NCBI RefSeq assembly: GCF_036365525.1
Contig: NC_090373.1
Span: 193,152,161 to 193,216,160 of the forward strand
DNA from: Heterodontus francisci
Taxonomy: Eukaryota
DNA length: 64,000 nt
Reading direction: 5' to 3'
Shown: positions 10,401-22,569 of the stretch, piece by piece
Numbering within the stretch: position 1 is the stretch's first letter
Layout: each line of letters begins with the position of its first letter
Program-made: the position numbers and the translations under genes
Notes under the pieces: model-generated
Seen by the model: the letters and a program-made list of their open reading frames with translations, nothing else
What the model was told of the DNA's origin: nothing
The model's database searches: none

Positions 10401-11794
10401 AGAGGTGTGGGGGGGGGGAACGGAGAGAGAGGTGTGGGGGGGGGGAACGGAGAGAGAGGTGTGGGGGGGGGGAACGGAGAGAGAGGTGGGGGGGAGGTGG
10501 GAACGGAGAGAGAGGTGGGGGGGAGGTGGGAAACGGAGAGAGAGGTGGGGGGGAGGTGGGAGACGGAGAGAGAGGTGGGGGGGAGGTGGGAGACGGAGAG
10601 AGAGGTGGGGGGGGTGGGAGACGGAGAGAGAGGTGGGGGGGGTGGGAGACGGAGAGAGAGGTGGGGGGGGTGGGAGACGGAGAGAGAGGTGGGGGGGGTG
10701 GGAGACGGAGAGAGAGGTGGGATGGGGGGGGGTGGGAGACGGAGAGAGAGGTGGGATGGGGGGGGGGGGAGAGACGGAGAGAGAGGTGGGATGGGGGGGG
10801 GGGGAGAGACGGAGAGAGAGGTGGGATGGGGGGGGGGAGAGACGGAGAGAGAGGTGGGATGGGGGGGGGGAGAGACGGAGAGAGAGGTGGGATGGGGGGG
10901 AGAGACGGAGAGAGAGGTGGGATGGGGGGGAGAGACGGAGAGAGAGGTGGGATGGGGGGGAGAGACGGAGAGAGAGGTGGGATGGGGGGGGGAGAGACGG
11001 AGAGAGAGGTGGGATGGGGGGGGAGAGACGGAGAGAGAGGTGGGGGGGAGAGACGGAGAGAGAGGTGGGGGGGGAGAGACGGAGAGAGAGGTGGGGGGGA
11101 GAGACGGAGAGAGAGGTGGGGGGGGAGACGGAGAGAGAGGTGGGGGGGGAGACGGAGAGAGAGGTGGGGGGGGAGACGGAGAGAGAGGTGGGGGGGGGGA
11201 GACGGAGAGAGGGAGAGGGCGGTGACAGAGTGAGAGGAGAAGCGAGTGGGGTAGAGAGAGGGGACAGAGAGGGGGAGATGGAAATGTATGAGAGGAGCAA
11301 TTGTGAGTGAGTGAGGGATGTGAATGAAAGGAAGATTGTGTCAGGGAGAGTGAGTGTGAGAGGGGAAGATGGGCAATGAGAGTGAAAGAGAGAGACAGAG
11401 AAAGAAAAAGGGATACAGAAAGAAAAAGTTAGACCTGCCGAGAATAACAGGAAAAGCAGAGGGGTTGTAAGAAAAGAGGGAAATGGAGAGATAGAAACTC
11501 GAGGGAAAAGTGAGAGAGGGAGTGAGAGCATGGAAAACGGGCAGAAGATGGTGAGAAATTGAGGGAAAGGAGGAAGACGAGAAGGGAGAGAGTGGGTGAG
11601 ATTGTCAAGTGGGAGAGAAGGGGAGGAAGAGAAACAGTGAAAGAGACAGGAGCTGAGGAAGGATCAGAGGCTGAAAGAAAATAAAGACAGGGAAAGGGTG
11701 CAAAACATCGAGAGAGAAAGCAACAGGGTAGGGAGAGAAAAACAAGCAGGAAGAGAGTCAGAGGTAGTGAGGGATTTCCTTGACCTGTGTAAAG
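7493..11794 (+). other. U12-type (minor spliceosome) GT-AG intron 1 of CNIH4
   Basis: 5' splice site GTATCCTTTC; branch site TTCCTTGAC (11776-11784) just before AG 11793-11794; no polypyrimidine tract. Confidence 0.9.
7610..11770 (+). repeat. G-rich/purine-rich compound minisatellite filling CNIH4 intron 1
   Basis: Successive unit types: GGGGACAGAGAGTGGGG (~7610-9800), GGAACGGAGAGAGAGGTGTGTGGGG (~9830-10500), GAGACGGAGAGAGAGGTGGG (~10500-11210), then degenerate GA-rich sequence. Confidence 0.95.
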
Positions 11795-11863
11795 ATTATA
11801 ACCCTGTCGGATTTAGAATGTGATTATATAAACGCCAGAGCGTGCTGCTCCAAACTGAACAAG
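11795..11863 (+). CDS. CNIH4: Cornichon homolog 4, coding exon 2
   Basis: [23 protein letters not shown] (cornichon signature), 69 nt, AG/GT boundaries. Confidence 0.96.
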
Positions 11864-12443
11864 GTGATTCCTCCACATAGGAAGCGTGTGGGGTGCGGGA
11901 TGGGGTGTGTGTGTGTTGCTGAGAGATGGAAAAGCTCCCTCCAGCTGGTGCTGTTTTCCAATTGGGGATAAACAAGCAGACGACCATGAGCAGATGCTTT
12001 CTGGTCACCAATCACTCCTGTGGCATCAGCACCTTTTGGGTGGCACGGTTTGTGATTTTATGTCTGTCTTTCCTCCCCTTCTCCAACAGAGAGCTGTCAT
12101 TGTGTTACTCCAGGCTGTGCGGCTGTATTGGACAACAGTACTTTCATGGACTAACTCGGTTCCTGTACAGATAGCTGCTGGGATAGTTTTCCTCTACCCA
12201 ACCCAGGTTCAGTGCTCTCTGTCCTGAGCCTGGGAATTCTTACAACCCTCGTGCCTTACTGAGGGAGGCTGGCAGTGCCAGGAGGGTGGAGTCAACAAGC
12301 AGCCTGTTTGTTTTGTGAGGAGAGCAGATGCTCAGTGATTCGGCCTTCTTGTTCCCAGTTAGCTCCTGCACCTCAGTGCCCAGTGTGACTGGTTCTGAAC
12401 CATCGGTTTCTCAAGATATACTGGTCTATACTTTCTCTTACAG

Positions 12444-12556
12444 TGGGTACTGCCCGAGCTGGTAGCTCTAGGAATTGTTACAGTGCTGATGTTCGTCTCC
12501 ATGCATTGGTTCATATTCCTGCTCAATCTGCCAATAGCAGCATGGAATCTTTACAG
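12444..12556 (+). CDS. CNIH4: Cornichon homolog 4, coding exon 3
   Basis: [37 protein letters not shown](R), 113 nt, ttacag/ and /gtgggt boundaries. Confidence 0.95.
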
Positions 12557-12709
12557 GTGGGTGCCCGTTACTCAGTCAGCTCCGCTTTGAGTCTGGCTGG
12601 GAATCTTCACACAGCCTTTGGGCTGCTAACCCAGCAAGTAAATTTCAAGGGCCTTGTTTCCTGAATGTCCTGCACAGAGGTCGCACATCACCTTGAGGTC
12701 CACTTATAA

Positions 12710-15700
12710 CTCAGTGGGTAACACCCGCCTCCAAGTCAGTGTGTTGTAGGTTCAACCTCCGCACCAGAGACATGACCCTATTATCCAGATTGATACATTC
12801 AGAGCAGTACTGAGGGAGAGCTGCACTGCCGGAGGGTCTGTACCGAGGGCGTGCGGCACTGCCGGAGGGTCTGTACCGAGGGCGTGCGGCACTGCCGGAG
12901 GGTCTGTACCGAGGGCGTGCGGCACTGCCGGAGGGTCTGTACCGAGGGCGTGCGGCACTGCCGGAGGGTCTGTACCGAGGGCGTGCGGCACTGCCGGAGG
13001 GTCAGTACCGAGGGCGTGCTGCACTGCCGGAGGGTCAGTACCGAGGGAGTGCTGCACTGCCGGAGGGTCAGCACCGAGGGAGTGCTGCACTGTCGGGGGG
13101 TCAGAACCGAGGGAGAGCTGCACTGTCGGAGGGTCAGTACTGAGGGAGTGCTGCACTGTTGGGGGGTCAGTAGAGCTGCACTGTCGGGGGGGGTCAGTAC
13201 TGAGGGAGTGCTGCACTGTCGGAGGGTCAGTACTGAGGGAGTGCTGCACTGTCGGAGGGTCAGTAGAGCTGCACTGTCGGGGGGGGTCAGTACTGAGGGA
13301 GTGCTGCACTGTCGGAGGGTCAGTACTGAGGGAGTGCTGCACTGTCGGAGGGTCAGTAGAGCTGCACTGTCGAGGGTTCAGTACTGAGGGAGTGCTGTAA
13401 TGTCGGGGGGGTCAGTACTGAGGGAGTGCTGCACTGTCGGAGGGTCAGTACTGAGGGAGTGCTGCACTGTCGGAGGGTCAGTACTGAGGGAGTGCTGCAC
13501 TGTCGGAGGGTCAGTACTGAGGGAGTGCTGCACTGTCGGAGGGTCAGTACTGAGGGAGTGCTGCACTGTTGGAGGGTCAGTACTGAGGGAGTGCTGCACT
13601 GTCGGAAGGTCAGTACTGAGGGAGTGCTGCACTGTCGGAGGGTCAGTACTGAGGGAGAGCTGCACTGTCGAGGGGTCAGTAGAGCTGCACTGTCGGGGGG
13701 GGATCAGTACTGAGGGAGTGCTGCACTGTCGGAGGGTCAGTACTGAGGGAGTGCTGCACTGTCGGAGGGTCAGTACTGAGGGAGTGCTGCACTGTCGAGG
13801 GTTCAGTACTGAGGGAGTGCTGCAATGTCGGGGTCAGTACTGAGGGAGAGCTGCACTGTCGGAGGGTCAGTACTGAGGGAGAGCTGCACTGTCGGAGGGT
13901 CAGTACTGAGGGAGTGCTGCACTGTTGGAGGGTCAGTACTGAGGGAGTGCTGCACTGTCGAGGGGTCAGTAGAGCTGCACTGTCGGGGGGGTCAGCACTG
14001 AGGGAGTGCTGCACTGTCGGGTCAGAACTGAGGGAGAGCTGCACTGTCGGGGGGTCAGAACTGAGGGAGAGCTGCACTGTCGGAGGGTCAGTACTGAGGG
14101 AGTGCTGCACTGTCGGAGGGTCAGTACTGAGGGAGTGCTGCACTGTCGGAGGGTCAGTACTGAGGGAGTGCCGCACTGTCGGGGGGTCAGTACTGAGGGA
14201 GAGCCGCACTGTCGGGTCAGAACTGAGGGAGAGCTGCACTGTCGGGGGGTCAGAACTGAGGGAGAGCTGCACTGTCGGAGGGTCAGTACTGAGGGAGTGC
14301 TGCACTGTCGGAGGGTCAGTACTGAGGGAGTGCTGCACTGTCGGAGGGTCAGTACTGAGGGAGTGCTGCACTGTCGGAGGGTCAGTACTGAGGGAGTGCT
14401 GCACTGTCGGAGGGTCAGTACTGAGGGAGTGCTGCACTGTCGGAGGGTCAGTACTGAGGGAGTGCTGCACTGTCGGAGGGTCAGTACTGAGGGAGTGCTG
14501 CACTGTCGGAGGGTCAGTACTGAGGGAGTGCTGCACTGTCGGAGGGTCAGTACTGAGGGAGTGCTGCACTGTCGGAGGGTCAGTACTGAGGGAGTGCTGC
14601 ACTGTCGGAGGGTCAGTACTGAGGGAGTGCTGCACTGTCGGAGGGTCAGTACTGAGGGAGTGCTGCACTGTCGGAGGGTCAGTACTGAGGGAGTGCTGCA
14701 CTGTCGGAGGGTCAGTACTGAGGGAGTGCTGCACTGTCGGAAGGTCAGTACTGAGGGAGTGCTGCACTGTCGGAAGGTCAGTACTGAGGGAGTGCTGCAC
14801 TGTCGGAAGGTCAGTACTGAGGGAGTGCTGCACTGTCGGAAGGTCAGTACTGAGGGAGTGCTGCACTGTCGGAAGGTCAGTACTGAGGGAGTGCTGCACT
14901 GTCGGAAGGTCAGTACTGAGGGAGTGCTGCACTGTCGGAAGGTCAGTACTGAGGGAGTGCTGCACTGTCGGGGGGGTCAGTACAGAGGGAGTGCTGCACT
15001 GTCGGAGGGTCAGTAGAGCTGCACTGTTGGGGGGTCAGTACTGAGGGAGAGCTGCACTGTCGGGGGGTCAGTTCTGAGGGAGTGCTGTACTGTCGGGGGG
15101 GTCAGTTCTGAGGGAGAGCTGCACTGTCGTGGGGTCAGTACTGAGGGAGAGCTGCACTGTCGTGGGGTCAGTACTGAGGGAGAGCTGCACTGTCGTGGGG
15201 TCAGTACTGAGGGAGAGCTGCACTGTCGTGGGGTCAGTACTGAGGGAGAGCTGCACTGTCGTGGGGTCAGTACTGAGGGAGAGCTGCACTGTCGTGGGGT
15301 CAGTACTGAGGGAGTGCTGCACTGTCGAGGGTTCAGTACTGAGGGAGTGCTGCAATGTCGGGGTCAGTACTGAGGGAGAGCTGCACTGTCGGAGGGTCAG
15401 TACTGAGGGAGAGCTGCACTGTCGGAGGGTCAGTACTGAGGGAGTGCTGCACTGTCGGAGGGTCAGTACTGAGGGAGTGCTGCACTGTCGAGGGGTCAGT
15501 CGAGCTGCACTGTCGGGGGGGTCAGCACTGAGGGAGTGCTGCACTGTCGGGTCAGAACTGAGGGAGAGCTGCACTGTCGGGGGGTCAGAACTGAGGGAGA
15601 GCTGCACTGTCGGAGGGTCAGTACTGAGGGAGTGCTGCACTGTCGGAGGGTCAGTACTGAGGGAGTGCTGCACTGTCGGAGGGTCAGTACTGAGGGAGTG

Positions 15701-18700
15701 CTGCACTGTCGGGGGGTCAGTACTGAGGGAGAGCCGCACTGTCGGGTCAGAACTGAGGGAGAGCTGCACTGTCGGGGGGTCAGAACTGAGGGAGAGCTGC
15801 ACTGTCGGAGGGTCAGTACTGAGGGAGTGCTGCACTGTCGGAGGGTCAGTACTGAGGGAGTGCTGCACTGTCGGAGGGTCAGTACTGAGGGAGTGCTGCA
15901 CTGTCGGAGGGTCAGTACTGAGGGAGTGCTGCACTGTCGGAGGGTCAGTACTGAGGGAGTGCTGCACTGTCGGAGGGTCAGTACTGAGGGAGTGCTGCAC
16001 TGTCGGAGGGTCAGTACTGAGGGAGTGCTGCACTGTCGGAGGGTCAGTACTGAGGGAGTGCTGCACTGTCGGAGGGTCAGTACTGAGGGAGTGCTGCACT
16101 GTCGGAGGGTCAGTACTGAGGGAGTGCTGCACTGTCGGAGGGTCAGTACTGAGGGAGTGCTGCACTGTCGGAGGGTCAGTACTGAGGGAGTGCTGCACTG
16201 TCGGAGGGTCAGTACTGAGGGAGTGCTGCACTGTCGGAAGGTCAGTACTGAGGGAGTGCTGCACTGTCGGAAGGTCAGTACTGAGGGAGTGCTGCACTGT
16301 CGGAAGGTCAGTACTGAGGGAGTGCTGCACTGTCGGAAGGTCAGTACTGAGGGAGTGCTGCACTGTCGTAAGGTCAGTACTGAGGGAGTGCTGCACTGTC
16401 GGAAGGTCAGTACTGAGGGAGTGCTGCACTGTCGGAAGGTCAGTACTGAGGGAGTGCTGCACTGTCGGGGGGGTCAGTACAGAGGGAGTGCTGCACTGTC
16501 GGAGGGTCAGTAGAGCTGCACTGTTGGGGGGTCAATACTGAGGGAGAGCTGCACTGTCGGGGGGTCAGTTCTGAGGGAGTGCTGTACTGTCAGGGGGGGT
16601 CAGTTCTGAGGGAGAGCTGCACTGTCGTGGGGTCAGTACTGAGGGAGAGCTGCACTGTCGTGGGGTCAGTACTGAGGGAGAGCTGCACTGTCGTGGGGTC
16701 AGTACTGAGGGAGAGCTGCACTGTCGTGGGGTCAGTACTGAGGGAGAGCTGCACTGTCGTGGGGTCAGTACTGAGGGAGAGCTGCACTGTCGTGGGGTCA
16801 GTACTGAGGGAGAGCTGCACTGTCGTGGGGTCAGTACTGAGGGAGAGCTGCACTGTCGTGGGGTCAGTACTGAGGGAGAGCTGCACTGTCGTGGGGTCAG
16901 TACTGAGGGAGAGCTGCACTGTCGTGGGGTCAGTACTGAGGGAGAGCTGCACTGTCGTGGGGTCAGTACTGAGGGAGAGCTGCACTGTCGTGGGGTCAGT
17001 ACTGAGGGAGAGCTGCACTGTCGTGGGGTCAGTACTGAGGGAGAGCTGCACTGTCGTGGGGTCAGTACTGAGGGAGAGCTGCACTGTCGTGGGGTCAGTA
17101 CTGAGGGAGAGCTGCACTGTCGTGGGGTCAGTACTGAGGGAGAGCTGCACTGTCGTGGGGTCAGTACTGAGGGAGAGCTGCACTGTCGTGGGGTCAGTAC
17201 TGAGGGAGAGCTGCACTGTCGTGGGGTCAGTACTGAGGGAGAGCTGCACTGTCGTGGGGTCAGTACTGAGGGAGAGCTGCACTGTCGTGGGGTCAGTACT
17301 GAGGGAGAGCTGCACTGTCGTGGGGTCAGTACTGAGGGAGAGCTGCACTGTCGTGGGGTCAGTACTGAGGGAGAGCTGCACTGTCGTGGGGTCAGTACTG
17401 AGGGAGAGCTGCACTGTCGTGGGGTCAGTACTGAGGGAGAGCTGCACTGTCGTGGGGTCAGTACTGAGGGAGAGCTGCACTGTCGTGGGGTCAGTACTGA
17501 GGGAGAGCTGCACTGTCGTGGGGTCAGTACTGAGGGAGAGCTGCACTGTCGTGGGGTCAGTACTGAGGGAGAGCTGCACTGTCGTGGGGTCAGTACTGAG
17601 GGAGAGCTGCACTGTCGTGGGGTCAGTACTGAGGGAGAGCTGCACTGTCGTGGGGTCAGTACTGAGGGAGAGCTGCACTGTCGTGGGGTCAGTACTGAGG
17701 GAGAGCTGCACTGTCGTGGGGTCAGTACTGAGGGAGAGCTGCACTGTCGTGGGGTCAGTACTGAGGGAGAGCTGCACTGTCGTGGGGTCAGTACTGAGGG
17801 AGAGCTGCACTGTCGTGGGGTCAGTACTGAGGGAGAGCTGCACTGTCGTGGGGTCAGTACTGAGGGAGAGCTGCACTGTCGTGGGGTCAGTACTGAGGGA
17901 GAGCTGCACTGTCGTGGGGTCAGTACTGAGGGAGAGCTGCACTGTCGTGGGGTCAGTACTGAGGGAGAGCTGCACTGTCGTGGGGTCAGTACTGAGGGAG
18001 AGCTGCACTGTCGTGGGGTCAGTACTGAGGGAGAGCTGCACTGTCGTGGGGTCAGTACTGAGGGAGAGCTGCACTGTCGTGGGGTCAGTACTGAGGGAGA
18101 GCTGCACTGTCGTGGGGTCAGTACTGAGGGAGAGCTGCACTGTCGTGGGGTCAGTACTGAGGGAGAGCTGCACTGTCGTGGGGTCAGTACTGAGGGAGAG
18201 CTGCACTGTCGTGGGGTCAGTACTGAGGGAGAGCTGCACTGTCGTGGGGTCAGTACTGAGGGAGAGCTGCACTGTCGTGGGGTCAGTACTGAGGGAGAGC
18301 TGCACTGTCGTGGGGTCAGTACTGAGGGAGAGCTGCACTGTCGTGGGGTCAGTACTGAGGGAGAGCTGCACTGTCGTGGGGTCAGTACTGAGGGAGAGCT
18401 GCACTGTCGTGGGGTCAGTACTGAGGGAGAGCTGCACTGTCGTGGGGTCAGTACTGAGGGAGAGCTGCACTGTCGTGGGGTCAGTACTGAGGGAGAGCTG
18501 CACTGTCGTGGGGTCAGTACTGAGGGAGAGCTGCACTGTCGTGGGGTCAGTACTGAGGGAGAGCTGCACTGTCGTGGGGTCAGTACTGAGGGAGAGCTGC
18601 ACTGTCGTGGGGTCAGTACTGAGGGAGAGCTGCACTGTCGTGGGGTCAGTACTGAGGGAGAGCTGCACTGTCGTGGGGTCAGTACTGAGGGAGAGCTGCA

Positions 18701-21075
18701 CTGTCGTGGGGTCAGTACTGAGGGAGAGCTGCACTGTCGTGGGGTCAGTACTGAGGGAGAGCTGCACTGTCGTGGGGTCAGTACTGAGGGAGAGCTGCAC
18801 TGTCGTGGGGTCAGTACTGAGGGAGAGCTGCACTGTCGTGGGGTCAGTACTGAGGGAGAGCTGCACTGTCGTGGGGTCAGTACTGAGGGAGAGCTGCACT
18901 GTCGTGGGGTCAGTACTGAGGGAGAGCTGCACTGTCGTGGGGTCAGTACTGAGGGAGAGCTGCACTGTCGTGGGGTCAGTACTGAGGGAGAGCTGCACTG
19001 TCGTGGGGTCAGTACTGAGGGAGAGCTGCACTGTCGTGGGGTCAGTACTGAGGGAGAGCTGCACTGTCGTGGGGTCAGTACTGAGGGAGAGCTGCACTGT
19101 CGTGGGGTCAGTACTGAGGGAGAGCTGCACTGTCGTGGGGTCAGTACTGAGGGAGAGCTGCACTGTCGTGGGGTCAGTACTGAGGGAGAGCTGCACTGTC
19201 GTGGGGTCAGTACTGAGGGAGAGCTGCACTGTCGTGGGGTCAGTACTGAGGGAGAGCTGCACTGTCGTGGGGTCAGTACTGAGGGAGAGCTGCACTGTCG
19301 TGGGGTCAGTACTGAGGGAGAGCTGCACTGTCGTGGGGTCAGTACTGAGGGAGAGCTGCACTGTCGTGGGGTCAGTACTGAGGGAGAGCTGCACTGTCGT
19401 GGGGTCAGTACTGAGGGAGAGCGGCACTGTCGTGGGGTCAGTACTGAGGGAGAGCGGCACTGTCGTGGGGTCAGTACTGAGGGAGAGCGGCACTGTCGTG
19501 GGGTCAGTACTGAGGGAGAGCGGCACTGTCGTGGGGTCAGTACTGAGGGAGAGCGGCACTGTCGTGGGGTCAGTACTGAGGGAGAGCTGCACTGTCGTGG
19601 GGTCAGTACTGAGGGAGAGCTGCACTGTCGTGGGGTCAGTACTGAGGGAGAGCTGCACTGTCGTGGGGTCAGTACTGAGGGAGAGCTGCACTGTCGTGGG
19701 GTCAGTACTGAGGGAGAGCTGCACTGTCGTGGGGTCAGTACTGAGGGAGAGCTGCACTGTCGTGGGGTCAGTACTGAGGGAGAGCTGCACTGTCGTGGGG
19801 TCAGTACTGAGGGAGAGCTGCACTGTCGTGGGGTCAGTACTGAGGGAGAGCTGCACTGTCGTGGGGTCAGTACTGAGGGAGAGCTGCACTGTCGTGGGGT
19901 CAGTACTGAGGGAGAGCTGCACTGTCGTGGGGTCAGTACTGAGGGAGAGCTGCACTGTCGTGGGGTCAGTACTGAGGGAGAGCTGCACTGTCGTGGGGTC
20001 AGTACTGAGGGAGAGCTGCACTGTCGTGGGGTCAGTACTGAGGGAGAGCTGCACTGTCGTGGGGTCAGTACTGAGGGAGAGCTGCACTGTCGTGGGGTCA
20101 GTACTGAGGGAGAGCTGCACTGTCGTGGGGTCAGTACTGAGGGAGAGCTGCACTGTCGTGGGGTCAGTACTGAGGGAGAGCTGCACTGTCGTGGGGTCAG
20201 TACTGAGGGAGAGCTGCACTGTCGTGGGGTCAGTACTGAGGGAGAGCTGCACTGTCGTGGGGTCAGTACTGAGGGAGAGCTGCACTGTCGTGGGGTCAGT
20301 ACTGAGGGAGAGCTGCACTGTCGTGGGGTCAGTACTGAGGGAGAGCTGCACTGTCGTGGGGTCAGTACTGAGGGAGAGCTGCACTGTCGTGGGGTCAGTA
20401 CTGAGGGAGAGCTGCACTGTCGTGGGGTCAGTACTGAGGGAGAGCTGCACTGTCGTGGGGTCAGTACTGAGGGAGAGCTGCACTGTCGTGGGGTCAGTAC
20501 TGAGGGAGAGCTGCACTGTCGTGGGGTCAGTACCGAGGGAGAGCTGCACTGTCGTGGGGTCAGTACCGAGGGAGAGCTGCACTGTCGTGGGGTCAGTACC
20601 GAGGGAGAGCTGCACTGTCGTGGGGTCAGTACCGAGGGAGTGCTGCACTGTCGTGGGGTCAGTACCGAGGGAGTGCTGCACGGTCTGAGGGTCAGTACCG
20701 AGGGAGTGCTGCACTGTCTGAGGGTCAGTACCGAGGGAGTGCTGCACTGTCTGAGGGTCAGTACTGAGGGAGTGCTGCACTGTCTGAGGGTCAGTACTGA
20801 GGGAGTGCTGCACTGTCTGAGGGTCAGTACTGAGGGAGTGCTGCACTGTCTGAGGGTCAGTACTGAGGGAGTGCTGCACTGTCAGAGGGTCAGTACTGAG
20901 GGAGTGCTGCACTTTCGGAGGGTCAGTACCGAGGGAGTGCTGTTCCATTGGAGGTGTCGTCTGTCAGTTGGGAGGTTAAACTGAGCCCCCATCTGCTGTC
21001 TGACTTGAATGTAAAAGGTCACACAGCCACAGGAAAAGCTCAGGTGTCCTGCCCAATAATTATTCCTCAACCCGT
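12710..21075 (+). mobile_element. DeuSINE-like SINE split by internal tandem amplification
   Basis: SINE head at 12710-12805 and body continuation at ~20955-21075. Both are collinear with the unexpanded copy on - at 58385-58835. Confidence 0.7.
12805..20955 (+). repeat. 33-bp minisatellite, ~8.1 kb (roughly 240-250 units), in CNIH4 intron 3
   Basis: Unit GGGTCAGTACTGAGGGAG(T/A)GCTGCACTGTC(GGA/GTG); near-homogeneous from ~16620 to ~20530. Confidence 0.98.
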
Positions 21076-21084
21076 CAAGAAGGG

Positions 21085-21800
21085 CTGCACTGAGATGCAG
21101 AGGGATCTGGATGTTCCAGTGCATGAATCACAAAAGGTTAGTATGCAGGTACAGCATGTAATTAGGAAAGCTAATAGAATGTTACTGTTTATTGTGAGGG
21201 GTATTGAATAAAAAAGTAGGAAGGTTATGCTTCAGTTATACAGGGCATCAGTGAGACCACATCTGGAGTACTGTGTACAGTACTGGTCTCCTTATTTAAG
21301 AAAGGATGTAAATGTGTTGGAAGAATTTCAGAGGAACTTTACTAGACTAATAATTGGAATGGGCGGTTTGTTTTATGAGGAAAGATTGGACAGGTTCGGC
21401 TTGGATCTGCTGGAGTTTAGAAAAATAAGAGGCGACTTGATTGAAACATAAGATCCTGAGGGGTCTTGACAGGGTGGATGTGGAAAAGATGTTTCCCCTT
21501 GTGGGAGAATCTAAAACTAGGGGTCACTGTTTAAAAATAATGGATCACCCATTTAAGATAGATGTGAAATGTTTTATCTGAGGGTCGTGAGTCTTTGGAA
21601 TTCTCTTCCTCAAAAGGCAGTGGAAGCAGAGTCTTTGAATATTTTTAAGATAGAGGTAGATTCTTGATAAACAAGGGGGTGAATGGTTATCAGGGGTAGG
21701 TGGAAATGTGGAGTTGAGATTACAATCAGATCATCCATGATCTTATTGAATAACGGAGCAGGCTCGAGGGGCCTACTGCTGCTCCTAATTCGTATGTAAC
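21085..21800 (+). mobile_element. CR1 LINE 3' fragment
   Basis: QRDLDVPVHESQKVSMQVQHVIRKANRML, RPHLEYCVQYWSPYLRKD, RGDLIET, then CR1 3'UTR. Confidence 0.85.
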
Positions 21801-22385
21801 CAATATCACAAAAACAGGATGAAAGTTTCCGCTGATAATGAGTTGCTATTTGTGACCTCTTGCTGGTCGCACAATGGCGGATGCATTTGACCACACGCTC
21901 AGCAACTGCTCTTCGAAGTAACTCTAGTGTATGTGAAGTGTTTGGGAAATTTCCAAATGACCGGTGGTGATGGAAGCCAAGTTAGTGGAACAAACCCAGA
22001 ATGGTTTGTTTTATTCTTGTTATAAAGATTTTCCTCGCTGCCAGTTTCTGTGTTGATGCTGACTCACAAGGTAGATACGAATGAGCAAATCTTCCCGACA
22101 GCCAGCCTGTCTGGTGAAAGCCCACTGTCCCCCATTGGAGTAGTGAAAGAATGACTGGTCAGAAGTCACCAATCAGCATGTTTCAGGTGATGAGCAGAGT
22201 GGAGAATAGTGAATGCATGGCCTGACATTAAGATGGAGCAAAGAGGAGGACACATTGACTTCGAACCTGGGATGGGTTGTGCAGCAGTGAAAGTCTGAGT
22301 TTGGAAATTAGGCACATTGCATATGTGTTTTATCTTGAGCAGTTGTGAGGTCAGTAAGTGCATGTTATCCCTTACTCTGCCCTAG

Positions 22386-22526
22386 GTACCTGGCAGTTCC
22401 TTGTGGTAATGTGGGAATCTTTGACCCAACTGAGATCCACAATCGTGGACAGCTCAAGACTCACATGAAGGAGGCGATGATAAAACTAGGATTCCACCTC
22501 CTCTGCTTCTTCATTTATCTGTACAG
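22386..22526 (+). CDS. CNIH4: Cornichon homolog 4, coding exon 4
   Basis: [46 protein letters not shown], 141 nt, cctag/ and /gtgagt boundaries. Confidence 0.96.
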
Positions 22527-22569
22527 GTGAGTGTGTTGCCAATGTCAACAGCCGCAAGGGGCTGGGGTA

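Noticed and set aside
5260-11531. Pro/Ser/Leu-rich and Gly/Arg/Glu-rich ORFs (including 1351 aa)
   Set aside because: They are by-products of low-complexity G/A repeats that lack stop codons.
12805-20955. CRISPR-like array
   Set aside because: Units are contiguous with no unique spacers; no cas genes; vertebrate context.
12752-20984. Very long ORFs (up to 1452 aa) in the 33-bp array
   Set aside because: A 33-bp unit with stop-free frames gives 11-aa repeats automatically on both strands. The array is intronic and SINE-derived.
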